DNA of 64,000 nt from an uncultured Chloroflexia bacterium (GTDB lineage: Bacteria > Chloroflexota > Limnocylindria > Limnocylindrales > CSP1-4): NCBI GenBank assembly GCA_963712745.1, contig CAVQJC010000020.1:288001-352000 (forward strand), written 5' to 3'. Both the position numbers and the translations under genes were made by a program. The notes below the pieces were generated by a model. The model ran no database searches, was not told where the DNA came from, and was given only the letters and a program-made list of their open reading frames with translations. Position 1 is the first letter of the stretch. Each line of letters opens with the position of its first letter. This document shows, in pieces, positions 11,311 to 21,744 of the stretch.

Positions 11311-14077
11311 CCGGACGCAGGTCGGCGCGGAAGCGCCAGGCCAGCATCGCAGCAAGCAGCAACAGGAGAGTGGCCAGGCCCCCCAGGCCTCCGACCACCA
11401 GCAGCGCGACCATTCGGCCATCGGCGCCGGCACCAGCCGCGGGCAGCAGCGCGCCGGCGGCGAGTGCCGATCGGGGAGGAGCCGAAAGGACCGGGCGCGA
11501 TACGTGGCCATCGGTGAAGGCCATGGCGGCGCTCCGGGCGTCGGCTACCGGCCCGGGGTCTTCGATGGTCTCGATCGACGCGGCCCTGTGCACGTCGGCA
11601 GCGGATGCGACGAGGACCTCCCGTCGTCCGCTATCGAGCCGTTTCACACGGCCGGTGGCATTGACGACCTCGCCGATGCTGGGAGCCGGTTCGATGGGCC
11701 CGGCGCCATCGGCCAGCCGCACGTTGGCGACCGCGGTGCCATCGTCGATGGTCAGCCTGCGCGCGGCCATGGCGGTGATGCGTCCACCGACCCGGACGAC
11801 CCGCTCGTCGAACGCCTTGAGCGTGCCCAGGGTCGCGCTGATGACGCCATCGTCGTCCGCACCCGAGGTCGCGATGATGGCGACTTCGTCCTTCTCATCG
11901 TCATCGTCCTCCCGCTCCCCGTCGTCATCATCGGACCCGGCGACAGGGCGCAGCTTCAGATCGCGGCTCGAGCGTGGAACCACGACAAAACGCTGGTCCG
12001 AGGCAGATGGATGGGCGCGACGGACGATGCCCGTGACGCGTCCCTCGCGGACCGGTTCGACGGCTTCCACCGGGATGCGGCTGCCGGCTACCCCGGCGAT
12101 GGGCAAGCGGCCTCCCGTTCGCGCACTCGCTTCCGCGCGCCATGAATCGCCGTCTCGGTCGACCTCGATGATGCGCACGCCGACGGTCACGAGCCGCCAC
12201 TCCTGAGCCTCACCGGGGGGCTCACTGATCCTCGTGGGCTTCACCGGCGCCCGACCCTTGCGCTGAGGTCGGGAGGTCGCCTCCAGCTGGGGGGAGCCAT
12301 ACCAGGTGCTCACCTCGCCGCTGGCCCGGATGACCCGCCCCACGCCCGGAGGCTCCGCGTCGGCCGGGAAACGCACAAGGATGGCCCCGCTGCGGTCCTG
12401 GACGGTGGCGCGGCGACCCTCGCTATCGATGAGACCGGCCCTCGAGGTGACCGTTCCCACGATCGTCACCACACGACCGGGCGTGGCTTCGCTGATGGGC
12501 ACCCTCGGGGGTCGCCCCGACTCCCGAGGCGCGTCGGGAGCGGGCGCTGGCCTCGGCGTCGCAGCTGGAGGCTCGTCCGCGACCACGAGATCCGCGATAC
12601 CGCGTGGCCACAGCCGGTAGCCGTCGGCCGCGCCCGAGCGACTCGCTCGTTGGCCGACGATGCCGGTGACCCTCAGCCGCTGGCCCTTCCTGAGCGTGGA
12701 CCTGTCGATCCCGACCGGAGGGAACACGTAGACGCGGACGGTGCCGTGCTCATCCTTGCAGCCGAGCGAGAGCGCACCGCTCTGGTAGCGGTCGACGTCG
12801 AGCAGGACGACGGAGACGGTCGCGAGCAGGCCCTCGCTGGCTTCGTTCACGCTGGCGCTGGCGAGTGGCCTCGGCTCGGGCAGCCCACCCTCGCCGATGA
12901 CCTCGATGTCACCGTCATCGTCGGCTCGCAGCTCAAGGTTGCCGTACGGAGTGGCCAGCCGTCCACGGACGCGGACGATCATGCCCCGGGACAGGTCCGC
13001 CTGCGATCCATCGCCCGGGAGTCGTACGGCGATGCCGGCGCTGCCGTCCTGGATGACCATCGTTCGATCACCCAGGATCCTGCCTGGCTGCACCGTGATC
13101 GTGCCCGCGACCGCGACCTCCTCGCCGGCCGACCTCGTCCGGGCATCGCGGATGGGGACGGCCACGTCGGGAGCTGGCGACGGTGTCGGGGCGGGGGTCG
13201 GGGCGGGCGTCGGCTCTGGGGTCGGCTCGGGGGTCGGGGCGGGGTTAGGAGTCAGAGTCGGCGCGGGCGTCGGCTCTGGGGTCGGGGTGGGGGTCGGCTC
13301 TGGGGTCGGCTCGGGGGTCGGCTCGGGGGTCGGGGCGGGGTTAGGAGTCAGAGTCGGCGCGGGCGTGGGCTGCGGCGTCGGGTCCGGTGCGGGCGCTGGT
13401 GTGGGCGGCGGAGTCGGCTTGGGAGTGGGCTTCGGCGTCGGCGCTGGAGTCGGCTTCGGCGTCGGCGCTGGAGTCGGCTTGGGAGTGGGAGACTGCCCCT
13501 CGGGCACCGGCGCCGGGTTGGTGAGCGTGTCCGCCGCGTTGTCGTTGGTGTCTTGTCCGTTGCCGGAACCACCGCCCGGCCTGCGCTCGAGCGACGCGCC
13601 GGCCTTGGGTGCCGGGCCGGGCGCGCCCTCCACGAAGTCGGAGGCGGCACTGCCCCAGGAGAGCGAATCGACCACCTGGCCGTCGACGACGCGCAGCACG
13701 AGCGAGCCGCCGGTCGCGCTCAGGCCTCCGGAATAGGTGTGGTCGGCGACCGCGGCAAAGAGACCGTCGGCATGGGCCAGCAGGATCCGCTCGCCGGGTC
13801 CGATCAGCCGGTCGGTCCAGGTGCGCTTTCGCGTCACGGTCTTGCCGCTGGCGCTGACGTAGACCAGCTCGAGCCCGCCGAGTTGTTCCGCTGCGTCGCC
13901 GGCGTTGAAGACTTCGATGTACTCGTCCGTCCCCGATGCGCCACCAGTGACGACCTCACCTACGACGAGGCCGTCCGACGGCGGCCAGCCCACGTCGGCC
14001 GCCACGATCGGCATGGCCGATAGGCAAAGGGCGACAGCGAGAAGGGCAGACACGAGCAGACGCAGACGCCGGGACAT
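11252..14077 (-). CDS. Secreted/surface lamin-tail-domain protein with Pro/Thr linker, OB-fold repeats and C-terminal membrane anchor
   Basis: Signal peptide; LTD-like VVGEVVTGG...DEYIEVFN...VDSLSWG; PTPEP linker; repeated IQDGSAGI / VQDRSGAI / IDDGTA OB-like modules; C-terminal hydrophobic helix. Confidence 0.8.
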   Translation of the reverse strand: MSRRLRLLVSALLAVALCLSAMPIVAADVGWPPSDGLVVGEVVTGGASGTDEYIEVFNAGDAAEQLGGLELVYVSASGKTVTRKRTWTDRLIGPGERILLAHADGLFAAVADHTYSGGLSATGGSLVLRVVDGQVVDSLSWGSAASDFVEGAPGPAPKAGASLERRPGGGSGNGQDTNDNAADTLTNPAPVPEGQSPTPKPTPAPTPKPTPAPTPKPTPKPTPPPTPAPAPDPTPQPTPAPTLTPNPAPTPEPTPEPTPEPTPTPTPEPTPAPTLTPNPAPTPEPTPEPTPAPTPAPTPSPAPDVAVPIRDARTRSAGEEVAVAGTITVQPGRILGDRTMVIQDGSAGIAVRLPGDGSQADLSRGMIVRVRGRLATPYGNLELRADDDGDIEVIGEGGLPEPRPLASASVNEASEGLLATVSVVLLDVDRYQSGALSLGCKDEHGTVRVYVFPPVGIDRSTLRKGQRLRVTGIVGQRASRSGAADGYRLWPRGIADLVVADEPPAATPRPAPAPDAPRESGRPPRVPISEATPGRVVTIVGTVTSRAGLIDSEGRRATVQDRSGAILVRFPADAEPPGVGRVIRASGEVSTWYGSPQLEATSRPQRKGRAPVKPTRISEPPGEAQEWRLVTVGVRIIEVDRDGDSWRAEASARTGGRLPIAGVAGSRIPVEAVEPVREGRVTGIVRRAHPSASDQRFVVVPRSSRDLKLRPVAGSDDDDGEREDDDDEKDEVAIIATSGADDDGVISATLGTLKAFDERVVRVGGRITAMAARRLTIDDGTAVANVRLADGAGPIEPAPSIGEVVNATGRVKRLDSGRREVLVASAADVHRAASIETIEDPGPVADARSAAMAFTDGHVSRPVLSAPPRSALAAGALLPAAGAGADGRMVALLVVGGLGGLATLLLLLAAMLAWRFRADLRPAREARSHLSPGAPARSAGR
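13186..13490 (-). repeat. Coding tandem repeats (PTPKPTPA / PTPE / duplicated [15 protein letters not shown])
   Basis: GGGGTCGGCTC-type units and a duplicated GGGGCGGGGTTAGGAGTCAGAGTCGGCGCGGGCGT block. Confidence 0.85.
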
Positions 14078-14233
14078 CGAGGACCTCCGAGTCCGGCGGG
14101 GCAAGCGACGGGATGAGACGCCGCGGCTACGATCTGCCGCGAGCGACCATCCTGACCGGCGCTACTTCACGAGCGCTTATCGGGACTGTGGACTATCGGT
14201 GGTCGGCGCCTATCCGCGCGGCCACCCCGGCGA

Positions 14234-15451
14234 CTACGGCGCGAGTTGCCAGGTGAACGCGAGCCAGAGCAGCACGACGTGGCTGAGCGCGAAGGCGACG
14301 AGCACGATCGCCCGTCCGGCCCGTGAGGATCGTTCGGCCAAGACCCAGTCGAAGGGCCAGGCCACGGCCAGGAATCGCGGTGTGGACATGAGCGTGCCCG
14401 AAAGGAAGACCGTGGCCACGGCCAGGATGGATACCAGCGTGTAGGCCGGACGGATGCGGTCGTGCCGGAAGAACACGAAGAGGAAGACGTAGAACGCCAG
14501 GGTCCCGAGCCAAAGTGCGACGATCCAGGAAGGGGCCAGGCCCAGGGCCAAGTTCTCGTTGCCGTGGTCGGTCTCGAACAGGAGCTCTCCGTTCGGCGAG
14601 CCGGTCGGTTCCACCGCCTCGGACGCGCTCCAGAACGATTGGGCCGATACCGACGCCAGCGGGTCGCCGGTCAGCCACCAGAAGTAGGCGAAGAGACCCG
14701 CCAGGGCGATCGGCGCGATCAGCAGAGGGAGCCAGGTTCGCGAAGGTCGAGGCCCCGACCGTTCGATGATCATGAGCAGCAATGGCAGACCCAGGAGGAT
14801 CCCCGGCACACGGGTCAGTGTCGTCAACGCCAGCAGGATCCCGGCCAGCCAGGGGTGCCGCCACTCCATGGCCAGGAAGGTGCTGGCCGCGAGTAGCAGG
14901 AAGAGTGCGTCCGAGTAGGACATGGCGAAGGCGACCGCGCCCGGGGCCAGCGACAGGAACCAGAGGCTGAGGACCGCCTGTGCAGGTTGAAGGTAGCGGA
15001 CCGAGAGGGCATAGACCACCAGTAGCGCCCCAAAGAAGGCGGCATTGCCGGCCACGACCGAGGCCAGACTCGTGTCTCCCTGCGTCAGCAGCGTCGTCGC
15101 CCGCACGAGCGCGGGGTATCCGGGGTAGAAGGCGTAGTCGGGACCGTAGTCGGGGTCGGCGTGATAGCCGTCCTGGGCGATACCGATGTAGTAGGTGCCG
15201 TCCCAGGCGGTGAGACTGCCGATGACTGGTCGGTCGTCGACGCGGATGCCGTCGGGCGGTGGGGGCTGGGTCGTCTCGACCGCGATGGCCACCGCCAGCA
15301 CCAGCAGGCGAGTGACGATGAAGACCGCCGCGATGCGGGGCAGCGCCCAGCGCCAGTCGATGTCCGAGAGGCGCGCAGGGGCGGGCGAGGACAGGCTCAC
15401 GCCCATCGAGTCTATGGGCACGCCAGTCGCGCGCGAGAGCCCGATAGTCAT
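14234..15451 (-). CDS. GT-C membrane mannosyltransferase (PIG-V-like family)
   Basis: WDGTYYIGIAQDGY...AFYPGYPAL, YSDALFLLL, many TM helices; start uncertain (15406-15451). Confidence 0.85.
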   Translation of the reverse strand: MTIGLSRATGVPIDSMGVSLSSPAPARLSDIDWRWALPRIAAVFIVTRLLVLAVAIAVETTQPPPPDGIRVDDRPVIGSLTAWDGTYYIGIAQDGYHADPDYGPDYAFYPGYPALVRATTLLTQGDTSLASVVAGNAAFFGALLVVYALSVRYLQPAQAVLSLWFLSLAPGAVAFAMSYSDALFLLLAASTFLAMEWRHPWLAGILLALTTLTRVPGILLGLPLLLMIIERSGPRPSRTWLPLLIAPIALAGLFAYFWWLTGDPLASVSAQSFWSASEAVEPTGSPNGELLFETDHGNENLALGLAPSWIVALWLGTLAFYVFLFVFFRHDRIRPAYTLVSILAVATVFLSGTLMSTPRFLAVAWPFDWVLAERSSRAGRAIVLVAFALSHVVLLWLAFTWQLAP

Positions 15452-15547
15452 GGTCGCGGAGCGTGGATGCGTGGTGACCGAGGCGCCGGGCTCGCTTCCG
15501 CGGTACCATCGCGCCGCCCCGAACTACGAGTGCAAGCAGGATCACAC

Positions 15548-16279
15548 GTGCCCCGTTCCAGGAATACCCGGCTCCGCCCCAAGAACACCAGCCGCGCCGA
15601 AGCACGGCGTCGCTATCGCGATGAGCAGCGAGATGTGGAGCCCGCTCCGGGATCCGCCGAGGTCGCGGCCGACGCGGGAGCGGCGGCGCAGCCGTCACGC
15701 TCGATGCTCGCGATGCCCAACGTGGTCGAGGACCTCAAGGCGCTGCCCCAGGTCTTCCGCAAGCCGTTGGTGTGGCTGCCCTTCGGCCTGCTCTTGCTCG
15801 CCTTCGGCCTCGAGCTGGCGCGCCAGAGCGGCGCCCTGCCGGAGGGCCAGGTCGGCGATATCTTGGTCCTCTACATCCAGCTGACACTGCCGCCGACCTC
15901 GCTGTTCGTCTTCTTCATCGGTGGCTTCGTCGCTCCCCGTGCCTCGTACCTCGTGGGCGCGATGCTGGGCGTCCTGGATGCGACCCTCATCACCATCCTG
16001 GTGGTGCGCGACCAGGCCGCTCTCGCGGGCTCGGGAGTGACCGAGGTCGGCGCTGAGACGGCCTCGATCGAGACGCTCGGGCCGCTCTGGGGCATGGCCA
16101 TCATCGTGGGTGTCTTCGCCGGCGGCTTTGCCGCCTGGTACCGCCGCTTCCTGCGCTCGTCCCAGGAGCGCGCGGCAGCCAACCGTGCCGCCAAGGAGCG
16201 TGAGCAGGCGGAGAAGGCCAAGGCGCAGGCCCGTGCCGACAAGCAGGCAGCCCGCGAGTCTCGCCGCCAGGGCAAGTAG
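15548..16279 (+). CDS. Hypothetical membrane protein
   Basis: Basic N-terminus (RAEARRRYR), about four hydrophobic helices and a charged helical C-tail; GC3-rich codons. Confidence 0.75.
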   Translation: MPRSRNTRLRPKNTSRAEARRRYRDEQRDVEPAPGSAEVAADAGAAAQPSRSMLAMPNVVEDLKALPQVFRKPLVWLPFGLLLLAFGLELARQSGALPEGQVGDILVLYIQLTLPPTSLFVFFIGGFVAPRASYLVGAMLGVLDATLITILVVRDQAALAGSGVTEVGAETASIETLGPLWGMAIIVGVFAGGFAAWYRRFLRSSQERAAANRAAKEREQAEKAKAQARADKQAARESRRQGK

Positions 16280-16340
16280 CTGCTCGAGAGCGTCGTCTGA
16301 ACGCATCGACGCTGAGGCCGAGGTCCGCGGCAGCTCGAGG

Positions 16341-19300
16341 TCAACCCAGGCGTCGCATGCCGGCGTGGCCAAGCTGGCGCACACCCTCGGGCTGTTCCGG
16401 CCCGCCCCGTTCACGGCACACTTCCACGAGCGGCCGGATCTGCCGCGCCACGAGGTTCACCGTTCCCGATTCGACCTGCAGGTCACCTTCGACATAGAGC
16501 AGAGCGTGGCGGCGCACGACTCCGCGCAACCTCCCCCAGACCCTTGGCCACAAGGTGACGTTGACCATGCCCGTCTCATCCTCGAGCGCCAGGAAGACCG
16601 TGCCCTTGGCGGTCATCGGGTGCTGGCGCGTGACCACCAACCCACCGATGGCCACCCTTCCCGGCCTGCGCTCGGCCAGTTCGCCCAGCGTCACCGCCCC
16701 CACCCGACGTAGTGCCGGCCGGTACAGCTCCATGACCTGGTGGCGAGCGTCGAGCGAGAGGATGGCGTAGGCGTCGCCGAGCCGCTCCAGCTCGCTCGGC
16801 GGTGGCAGCGGCGGGGCCGGAGTCGGTGGCAAGCGGATGTCCAGCGGCCGCTCCCGGGCAGAACGTGATCCGAGCGAGCGGCCGTCGGCCCGGCCTCGCG
16901 TGGCCCCGGCGATCTCACGTAGCTGCCAGAGGGCTTCCCGGCGCGGCTGTCCCAGCGAGTCCAGTGCACCGGCTCGGATGAGTCGCTCCAGGACCTCCTG
17001 GGACAGCTCGGTACGAGCCACGAGGTCGGCCAGGGAGCGGAACGGGCCATCCTCCGCGCGGGCGGCGTCAAGCAGCTCCCCCTCGGTCTGGCCGATGCCC
17101 TTGACCAGTCCCAGCCCCAGGCGGATGCCGTAGCCACGGGCACTCGGCGCCGCATAGCGGTCACGCGCCTCCTCGCGGGGGACGACCACCGACGCCGAAC
17201 CGACCACCTCCGGACGCCGGTCGATGCCGGCCCCTGGCGGGAGCGGAGTGCCCGCCGGCCCGACCCACTCGGTGGTGGCACGGAAGTGGCTGGCGTTGAC
17301 GTCGACCGGCAGCACCGCCACCCCGTGTCGCTTGGCGTCGTTGACCAGGACCTCCACCGGGTAGAAGCCCATCGGCTGGGCGTTGATGAGTCCGGTCACG
17401 AACTGGGCGGGATAGAAGAGCTTGAGGAAGGCCGACTCATAGGCCGTCCGTGCGAAGGCCGCGGCGTGGCTCTTGTTGAAACCGAAGCTGGCGAAGCCGG
17501 CGACCTTGCCGAACAGCTCCTCGGCCGCCTCGCGTGTCAGCCCGTTGGTGCGCATGCAACCCTCGACGAAGCCCGTGTGCAACTTCTCCATCTCCTTCGC
17601 CGAGCGCCAGGTGCCCATGGCCCGGCGGAAGCCGTCCGAGTCGGCGGCGCTGAAGCCGGCCACGTCGATGGCGATCTTCATGACCTGCTCCTGGTACAGG
17701 ATCACGCCCAGCGTCTCGGCCAGGATGGGCTCGAGCGAGGGATGCAGGTAGGTCACCGCTTCGATGCCCTGGCGACGGCGCAGGTAGGGGTGGACAGCGT
17801 CGCCCTGGATAGGCCCGGGGCGGATGATGGCCACCTCCACCACGAGGTCGTCGAGCGTCTGCGGGCGGCTCTTGGGCAGCGTCTGCATCTGAGCCCGCGA
17901 CTCGATCTGGAAGACGCCCACCGTGTCCGCCGCGACGATCATGCGGAAGACCTCGTCGATGTCCTCCGGCAGCCGGTCGAGGTCCAGGCAGACGGCACAG
18001 TCAGCCTTGATGTCGCGCAGGGCGTCGTCGATGGCGCTGAGCATGCGCAGGCCGAGCAGATCGAGCTTGATGAGCTTCATCGTCTCGATGTCGCGCTTGT
18101 CGAACTGGACGACCACGCGGCCGGGCATGGTGGCGTGCTCGAGTGGGGCGATGTCGACCAGCGGCGCACGGGTAACGAGCATGCCACCGACGTGGATCGA
18201 GAGATGCCGTGGCCGGCCGTCGATGCGGGCACACAGCTCCAGCCAGCGGTCCCAGGGCGAGAGCCCCAGCGTGGAGCCGCGACGTCGCGGCGGCAGCGGG
18301 TCAAGCTCGATGGACCCGACGCTGGTGGCGAGGATGCGGCGCTCCTGTTCGCCGCCCATGTCATCCGTGTCGCCATCCCCGCCACGGTCCTGAAGCGAGG
18401 CCAGGGCCAGGCGACGCTGCGATTCGTGGCGCAGGAAGTGCTCGCTGGCGGGCGTGTCGCCGGGGCCACCCTCGTCGTCGGTCGGGCCCGGACGCAGGTC
18501 GGCCACCGGCACCAGCCGTTTCAGCTCGCCCATGTCATCGAGCAGCCGGCGCATACCCGCCTCACCTTCCGCCGGCTCGCTGAAGAACTCGGCGAAGCCC
18601 CCGTCGGCCTCGAGGTCCCGGCGCACCATCACCGAGTCGTAGGTCTCGAGGGCCTTGGCGACGCGGTCGACGAGGGGCCGCGGAAAGCCCAGGGCATAGC
18701 CCACCTCGCGCACGGCCGAGCGAGCCCGATAGGTGACGATGTTGCAGACCATGCCGGTGTGCTCCGCTCCGTAGCGCTCGTAGACGTACCCGATGACCTC
18801 CTCGCGCCGCGAGGAGGCGAAGTCGATGTCGACGTCGGGATAGGTCGTGCGGCCCTCGTTGATGAAACGCTCGAAAAGCAGCTCGTGGCGGATGGGGTCG
18901 ACGCGGGTGATGCCCAGGGCGTAGGCCACGATCGAGTCGCCGGCGCTGCCGCGACCCTGCGCGGGGATACCTCGCTCGCGGGAGAAGCGCATGAGATCCC
19001 AGCAGATGAGGAAGAACTCGGCCAGGCCCGTGCGCTCGATGATCTCCAGCTCGTGCGCCATCTGCTTGAGCACACGCGGGGTGATGGGGTGGTAGCGGCT
19101 GCGCACGCCGTCGTGGCACAGCCGTTCGAGGTAGGAGAAGGGCGTCTCTCCGCCGGGCACCGGGAAACCCGGGAAGCGGTAGCGCTCGAACTCGAGGCTG
19201 ACCTGGCAGCCGGCAGCGACTTCCCCGGCGCGCTTGATGCCGTCGAGCCAGGCATGGCGCACGAGCGGGTCGTCGTCGTGGCCCGGTGGCAGTGCCGCCA

Positions 19301-20210
19301 GATCGGCACCGTCCTTGAGCGCGTACTCGGCGTTGGGCCGGCGCAGGTGTGCGGCCGACTCGAGATCCTGCCCGTGGCGGATCGAGACGAGCACGTCCTG
19401 CAGCTCGCGGTCGGAGCGCAGCGCGTAGTGAGCGTCGTTGGTCACCACCGTGGGCAGACCGGCCTCGTGAGCCAGCCGAGCCAGCTCTGCGACCAGCCAG
19501 TCGTCGTCGGGCAGCAGGTGGTGCTGCAACTCCACGTAGAGCCTGTCGTGGGCGGCGATGGCCCCGAGGCGCGTCAACGCCCGGGCCGCGCCCTCGCGGT
19601 CGCCGGCCAGCAGCCGGCGCGACAGCTCCCCGTGGCGGCAGCCGGTGAGGATGACGAGGCCGTCCCGATGCTGCTCAAGCAGCTCGTGGCTGAAGCGTGG
19701 CACGCCCTTGGAGCCTGCGAGATGAGCAGCGCTGGCCAGCCGGCAGAGGCTGGCGTAGCCCGCCTGGTCCTGCGCCAGCAGTGTCAGGTGTGGGCCCAGC
19801 TCGCGCGGACGCACACCACGCAGGTCCTCGCGACGCGGTTCTCGATGGTCGGGAGGGCGTCGTCGGGTGACGACTGCACGGACTGGCTCCCCTGCCCCGG
19901 GCTCCGGCACGTGCACCGTGGGCGCCTGGCGCGAGCGCCCTTTCGGCTGTTTCGACGGGACCACGATCGCGTGGAGATCGACCGCCGCCGCATCGACGAG
20001 CTCGACCTCCATGCCCACGACCGCGTGGAGGCCAGCCTCGCGGGCTGCGGCCGAGAAGCGGACCGTGCCGTAGAGGCCCTGATGGTCGGTGACGGCCAGC
20101 CCGGACAGGCCCAGCTCCACCGCGCGTTCGACCAGATCATCGGCGGACGAGGCACCGTCGAGGAAGGAGAAGTCGGTGTGGCAGTGGAGTTCAGCGAAGG
20201 CCTTCGTCAC
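16341..20210 (-). CDS. dnaE2: Error-prone DNA polymerase DnaE2 (ImuC)
   Basis: PHP ELHCHTDFSFLDG, GRGSA, PDVDIDF, RHLSIHVGG, KLDLLGLRML, FQIESRAQM, FNKSHAAAF, QPMGFY, TAKGTVFLALEDETG. SOS box upstream; GTG 20210 preferred over ATG 20219/20222. Confidence 0.95.
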   Translation of the reverse strand: MTKAFAELHCHTDFSFLDGASSADDLVERAVELGLSGLAVTDHQGLYGTVRFSAAAREAGLHAVVGMEVELVDAAAVDLHAIVVPSKQPKGRSRQAPTVHVPEPGAGEPVRAVVTRRRPPDHREPRREDLRGVRPRELGPHLTLLAQDQAGYASLCRLASAAHLAGSKGVPRFSHELLEQHRDGLVILTGCRHGELSRRLLAGDREGAARALTRLGAIAAHDRLYVELQHHLLPDDDWLVAELARLAHEAGLPTVVTNDAHYALRSDRELQDVLVSIRHGQDLESAAHLRRPNAEYALKDGADLAALPPGHDDDPLVRHAWLDGIKRAGEVAAGCQVSLEFERYRFPGFPVPGGETPFSYLERLCHDGVRSRYHPITPRVLKQMAHELEIIERTGLAEFFLICWDLMRFSRERGIPAQGRGSAGDSIVAYALGITRVDPIRHELLFERFINEGRTTYPDVDIDFASSRREEVIGYVYERYGAEHTGMVCNIVTYRARSAVREVGYALGFPRPLVDRVAKALETYDSVMVRRDLEADGGFAEFFSEPAEGEAGMRRLLDDMGELKRLVPVADLRPGPTDDEGGPGDTPASEHFLRHESQRRLALASLQDRGGDGDTDDMGGEQERRILATSVGSIELDPLPPRRRGSTLGLSPWDRWLELCARIDGRPRHLSIHVGGMLVTRAPLVDIAPLEHATMPGRVVVQFDKRDIETMKLIKLDLLGLRMLSAIDDALRDIKADCAVCLDLDRLPEDIDEVFRMIVAADTVGVFQIESRAQMQTLPKSRPQTLDDLVVEVAIIRPGPIQGDAVHPYLRRRQGIEAVTYLHPSLEPILAETLGVILYQEQVMKIAIDVAGFSAADSDGFRRAMGTWRSAKEMEKLHTGFVEGCMRTNGLTREAAEELFGKVAGFASFGFNKSHAAAFARTAYESAFLKLFYPAQFVTGLINAQPMGFYPVEVLVNDAKRHGVAVLPVDVNASHFRATTEWVGPAGTPLPPGAGIDRRPEVVGSASVVVPREEARDRYAAPSARGYGIRLGLGLVKGIGQTEGELLDAARAEDGPFRSLADLVARTELSQEVLERLIRAGALDSLGQPRREALWQLREIAGATRGRADGRSLGSRSARERPLDIRLPPTPAPPLPPPSELERLGDAYAILSLDARHQVMELYRPALRRVGAVTLGELAERRPGRVAIGGLVVTRQHPMTAKGTVFLALEDETGMVNVTLWPRVWGRLRGVVRRHALLYVEGDLQVESGTVNLVARQIRPLVEVCRERGGPEQPEGVRQLGHAGMRRLG

Positions 20211-20217
20211 CGGTCTC

Positions 20218-20238
20218 ATCATAGAACATCTGTTCTAT
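20218..20238 (-). promoter_or_regulatory. LexA (SOS) box overlapping the -10 element of dnaE2
   Basis: Palindrome ATAGAACA-TC-TGTTCTAT (GAAC-N4-GTTC); TATGAT on the minus strand lies 7 nt before the GTG. Confidence 0.9.
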
Positions 20239-20279
20239 ATCAAGAAGGCCTAGCTGCGGGCTCTTGCCGCCAGACCCCG

Positions 20280-20405
20280 ATGAACACGGGCTGCGAGCTC
20301 ATCGTGGTCGAGGGCGGCGGCCACGACTGGCAGATCGAGGGCGCGGACGCCGACGTGAACGAGCTGGTCTGGTCGTTCCTGAGCCGTTTCTCGCTACCCG
20401 CCTAG
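20280..20405 (+). pseudogene. 41-aa remnant resembling the C-terminus of a PHB-depolymerase/LpqP-type esterase
   Basis: ELIVVEGGGHDW...NELVWSFLSRF resembles the catalytic-His GGGHxW and W-x-F-F tail of that family; no upstream catalytic Ser region. Confidence 0.45.
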
Positions 20406-20526
20406 GCCCGCAGGCCGAGCGGCCACCGCGGGGCACGACGGGACTCAGCCCGGCACGCCGGGGCGCCGCCCCGCGTTGCGGTGTTGCGTCTTGTCAACAC
20501 CCTGACAACGAGTAGAATCAGAGGCA

Positions 20527-21438
20527 GTGGCAGACAGGGGCCTGCAAGCGTACGCCGTGCCCTCGGCGCGAGCGGGCCAGCAAACAGACCCCGCTGCGCG
20601 CCGTGACGCCCTTTCCGGGCTGACGGCCGGTGGTTTCCTCGTGGCCGTCATCGTGGTCGTGCTAGCCATCATCGTGGCTGCTCCCCAATACGCCAAGCCG
20701 GCCCCCGGCGCCGGGATGGCCGCCGATGCGAGCACAGAACCCTCTCTTGATCCAGATCTGACCCAATCGGTCGTCGCCGCTGCCGAGGTGCCCACCTCGA
20801 AGCCACCGGGCGATCTCAAGGGCTACCGCTGGCCGGTGCGCGGTGGCTCTGTCCATTCGTTCTACGAGTACTCTCCCACGGGCCGCTTCGAGATCCGGGG
20901 CAAACGCGTCCACGACGGCCTCATCATCACCTGGTTCGAGGGCGCCGTGGTCAAGGCCGCGCACAAGGGCACGGTCGTCGCCGCCGGGCGGGACTGGGCC
21001 GATCACACCGGCTACGCCAGCTCGCTCGACAAGGTCTACCAGCGCTACGCCGACCCTTCGGCTGCCAAGGCCAAGAAGAAGGGGAAGAGTCGCAGGAAGC
21101 CCGCCTACCCCCAGGGCATCGTCATCGACGATGGGAACGGCTACTACAGCATCTACAGCGAGATCAAGGACCTTCGCGTGAAGCCTGGAGACAAGGTCAA
21201 GCCCGGCCAGATCATCGGGGGCATGAGCCGAGCCGAGGGCAAGCAGATGATGCGCTATCGCCTCGTGCGCATGGACGGCCCCATGATGAGGGTCCACGAG
21301 TCGGACCGGCAGCTGGGCTATCCCGACTACGCACGCGAGCGTGTCGACCCGCTGGCGGTGCTGGACATCGACGCCAAGAAGCGCCCGAAGCGCGCGGAGA
21401 AGGGCCCGAAGGACCCGCCCCGGCTGTCCGAGTACTAG
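20527..21438 (+). CDS. Membrane-anchored M23/LytM-domain protein with degenerate active site
   Basis: TM helix, WPVRGG, VKAAHKGTVV, IVIDDGNGYYSIY, VKPGDKVKPGQIIG, VDPL; HxxxD and HxH not conserved. Confidence 0.82.
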   Translation: MADRGLQAYAVPSARAGQQTDPAARRDALSGLTAGGFLVAVIVVVLAIIVAAPQYAKPAPGAGMAADASTEPSLDPDLTQSVVAAAEVPTSKPPGDLKGYRWPVRGGSVHSFYEYSPTGRFEIRGKRVHDGLIITWFEGAVVKAAHKGTVVAAGRDWADHTGYASSLDKVYQRYADPSAAKAKKKGKSRRKPAYPQGIVIDDGNGYYSIYSEIKDLRVKPGDKVKPGQIIGGMSRAEGKQMMRYRLVRMDGPMMRVHESDRQLGYPDYARERVDPLAVLDIDAKKRPKRAEKGPKDPPRLSEY

Positions 21439-21495
21439 CCTGTCCGAGTACTGGCCCTGGGGTGCGACGGCGCCGGCCGTCTGGCCCTGGTGTCG

Positions 21496-21744
21496 CTAGT
21501 CATAGAGACGCTCGAGGTGCCAGGAGCCGTCGAGACCGTCGCGGTAGACGAGCGCCAATACTCGCGGTCCTACGACCTTGAAGTAGTCGCGCACCAGCGG
21601 CCGGCGCCACCAGGCCTCCTCGATACGCCAGTGGTTGCAGGTCTCGACCGGTTCGCGCACACCCAGCCAACGCAGCCCGACCGGCCAGCCGCGATCATCC
21701 TCCTCCACCTCGATGGCCGGATGCTGGCCCAGCAGTCGCGTCAT
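21496..21744 (-). CDS. DUF6504-like small protein of imuAB cassettes
   Basis: WRIEEAWW...RDYFKV...WHLERLYD; overlaps the imuB stop (ATGA). Confidence 0.8.
   Translation of the reverse strand: MTRLLGQHPAIEVEEDDRGWPVGLRWLGVREPVETCNHWRIEEAWWRRPLVRDYFKVVGPRVLALVYRDGLDGSWHLERLYD

Noticed and set aside
18260-18580. Intein in DnaE2
   Set aside because: Insert is low-complexity, with no N-terminal Cys/Ser splice block, no His-Asn end and no homing endonuclease motif.
17286-20405. 1039-aa plus-strand ORF
   Set aside because: Antisense shadow of dnaE2; only its last 41 codons look like a gene remnant.
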